From Ylistrum balloti (lineage: Eukaryota): a DNA stretch of 64,000 bases. Positions 62,423 to 64,000 of the stretch are shown in pieces (position 1 is the first letter of the stretch; each line of letters opens with the position of its first letter). The DNA lies in NCBI RefSeq assembly GCF_031769215.1, contig NW_026782527.1:434001-498000 (forward strand), in the 5' to 3' direction. The translations under genes were made by a program, and so were the position numbers. The notes beneath the pieces are model-generated. The model ran no database searches. It worked only from the letters and a program-made list of their open reading frames with translations, and was not told the origin of the DNA.

Positions 62423-64000
62423 GTTCCTACTATTTTGCAATCGCCCTGCATACCTGGAGGTATCCAAGCAAGGGGACCTCAGAACCCATCTAATTTTTAC
62501 TAAAAGCACGGCGTTGGCTCTTAACCCTTTTTGATTTTTTTTTTAGTGGTAAATGTTTTGCTGTCATTTAAGTATCCTGATATCGTGTCCTCTTTAATGT
62601 TAGATCCATTCCTACAAACAAATCAGTAATTAGTAAATTACCCATAGTCTTTGACAAATTATTTGTCTTGCAGTACACAATCGGCATTTACTGGATCACA
62701 TAAAAGCTTGCATGCTACATAGAAATCAATAGGACTTAATCCAGATCACTACAATGCTTGGGAACTTTTTTCATCATTGCAGTAATAAGGAGAAAAAATG
62801 TAGTGCTGCAAGTATATAAAGCCCATCGTAATTACTAAGCAATTACTTATCAGGAGCTAGATGGGTGTGCGAGGATCAGTGGTCGGCTTGGTCACAATCG
62901 ATAAAATCTATACCACCATTTCTCTCCTCCTGGGCAGAAAATTTCCTCTGTTTCTGGTTCAGTTCCTGTGCACCACTGATTGGAAAATCTTCTGACTGGA
63001 ATCAGATCACTTTCTTTTAGTGTAGTTGATTAAATGTATTATGCCAAATGGATTTTTTTTTTCTAACAGATTCATTTTTTCAGAGAAAGAAGAAAAATGC
63101 TTAACATATAAAAACTCACTCAAAATATGTTTATGATTTATGCAATTAGATATTTTTTCAAGACTTGATTCAAATACATGCTTAGCAATGTTACTAATGT
63201 ACATATTAAATTTCATTACCTACATTTGATGGAAGATTTCTGTCTAATCACAATATAATGACACAACCTTAGTCTTGTAATTTCGAACTAAGAGAACATG
63301 GCGTCTAGATAGAAAGGATTGATTGATGTTTTGAAATTGAAATGAGGTTTCTAATTTACTGATAGTCCATGTTTAATGAACAATATTAAAGAAGTTCTGG
63401 GAGAGGAAAGGATGTGTTGGGATGATGAGGAAGGCGGGATGGATTAGGAGCTGAAACAACTTGTACTATAACTGTTAAAGGGTTTTGTCTCAAAATGTGC
63501 AGACTGAATCCTATAAGGTTTGCCAATAGACAAGACTATGACTGTATAAATGCGTTTGACAACTTAATCCCTGGTCCAATAACTGGATAGATAGAACTGC
63601 CATTGATGATGTTGTTGGAATCCAGGCTTTCTATTTCTGGCTTGTATGTGAAACTGAGTCAAACAAAAGACCAGTCGGAGATTTCAAATTTAGCTTGTTA
63701 ATTCTCAAGTGTGACAGGTATTGCTAGAATTCACAGCTTACAAAGTCATTGATAATACTTATAGATTTTTCTATTTACAAGATATATATGTTGGGGTCAT
63801 CATTTTCAAGGTAACTTAATTCTGGACTTAATACCTTTGTTTTTAGTCTAGTAAATGTTAATCGAAGATGAAGTTTAAAAGTTGCCTTTTTATTGTTTCT
63901 GCTTTTTTTCCAGGAATATTACTTTGTATATCATTTCTTTAACAGGAAGAAATTATGCAGAGTAAATGCATTTTATATTTCATAAGTAATACATGTCCTG

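Overview
AT-rich eukaryotic (metazoan) genomic DNA. The repeat families suggest a bivalve mollusc, which is an inference. The one confidently identified gene is molybdenum cofactor sulfurase (MOCOS) on the + strand. Four phase-compatible coding exons (28904-28973, 35477-35633, 35882-36465, 42736-42859) encode the first ~311 aa of the NifS-like PLP domain. I could not find the next exon in the remaining 21 kb. A CpG-rich patch at ~28.3-29.3 kb looks like a bidirectional promoter. To its left are phase-compatible but unidentified minus-strand candidate exons and decayed coding tracts. The window holds about 12 unrelated minisatellite arrays (units 20-60 bp), tRNA-derived SINEs, pearl/HINE-like non-autonomous elements and one 276-N gap. 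The most notable oddity is a minimal type-I hammerhead-ribozyme-like motif (62318-62368) inside a ~56-bp inverted repeat, typical of Penelope-like retroelement ends. Also notable are an array with a perfect hairpin in each long unit (9377-10050) and an array made of tandem RFX X-box motifs (14941-15290). There are no prokaryotic features and no CRISPR array.
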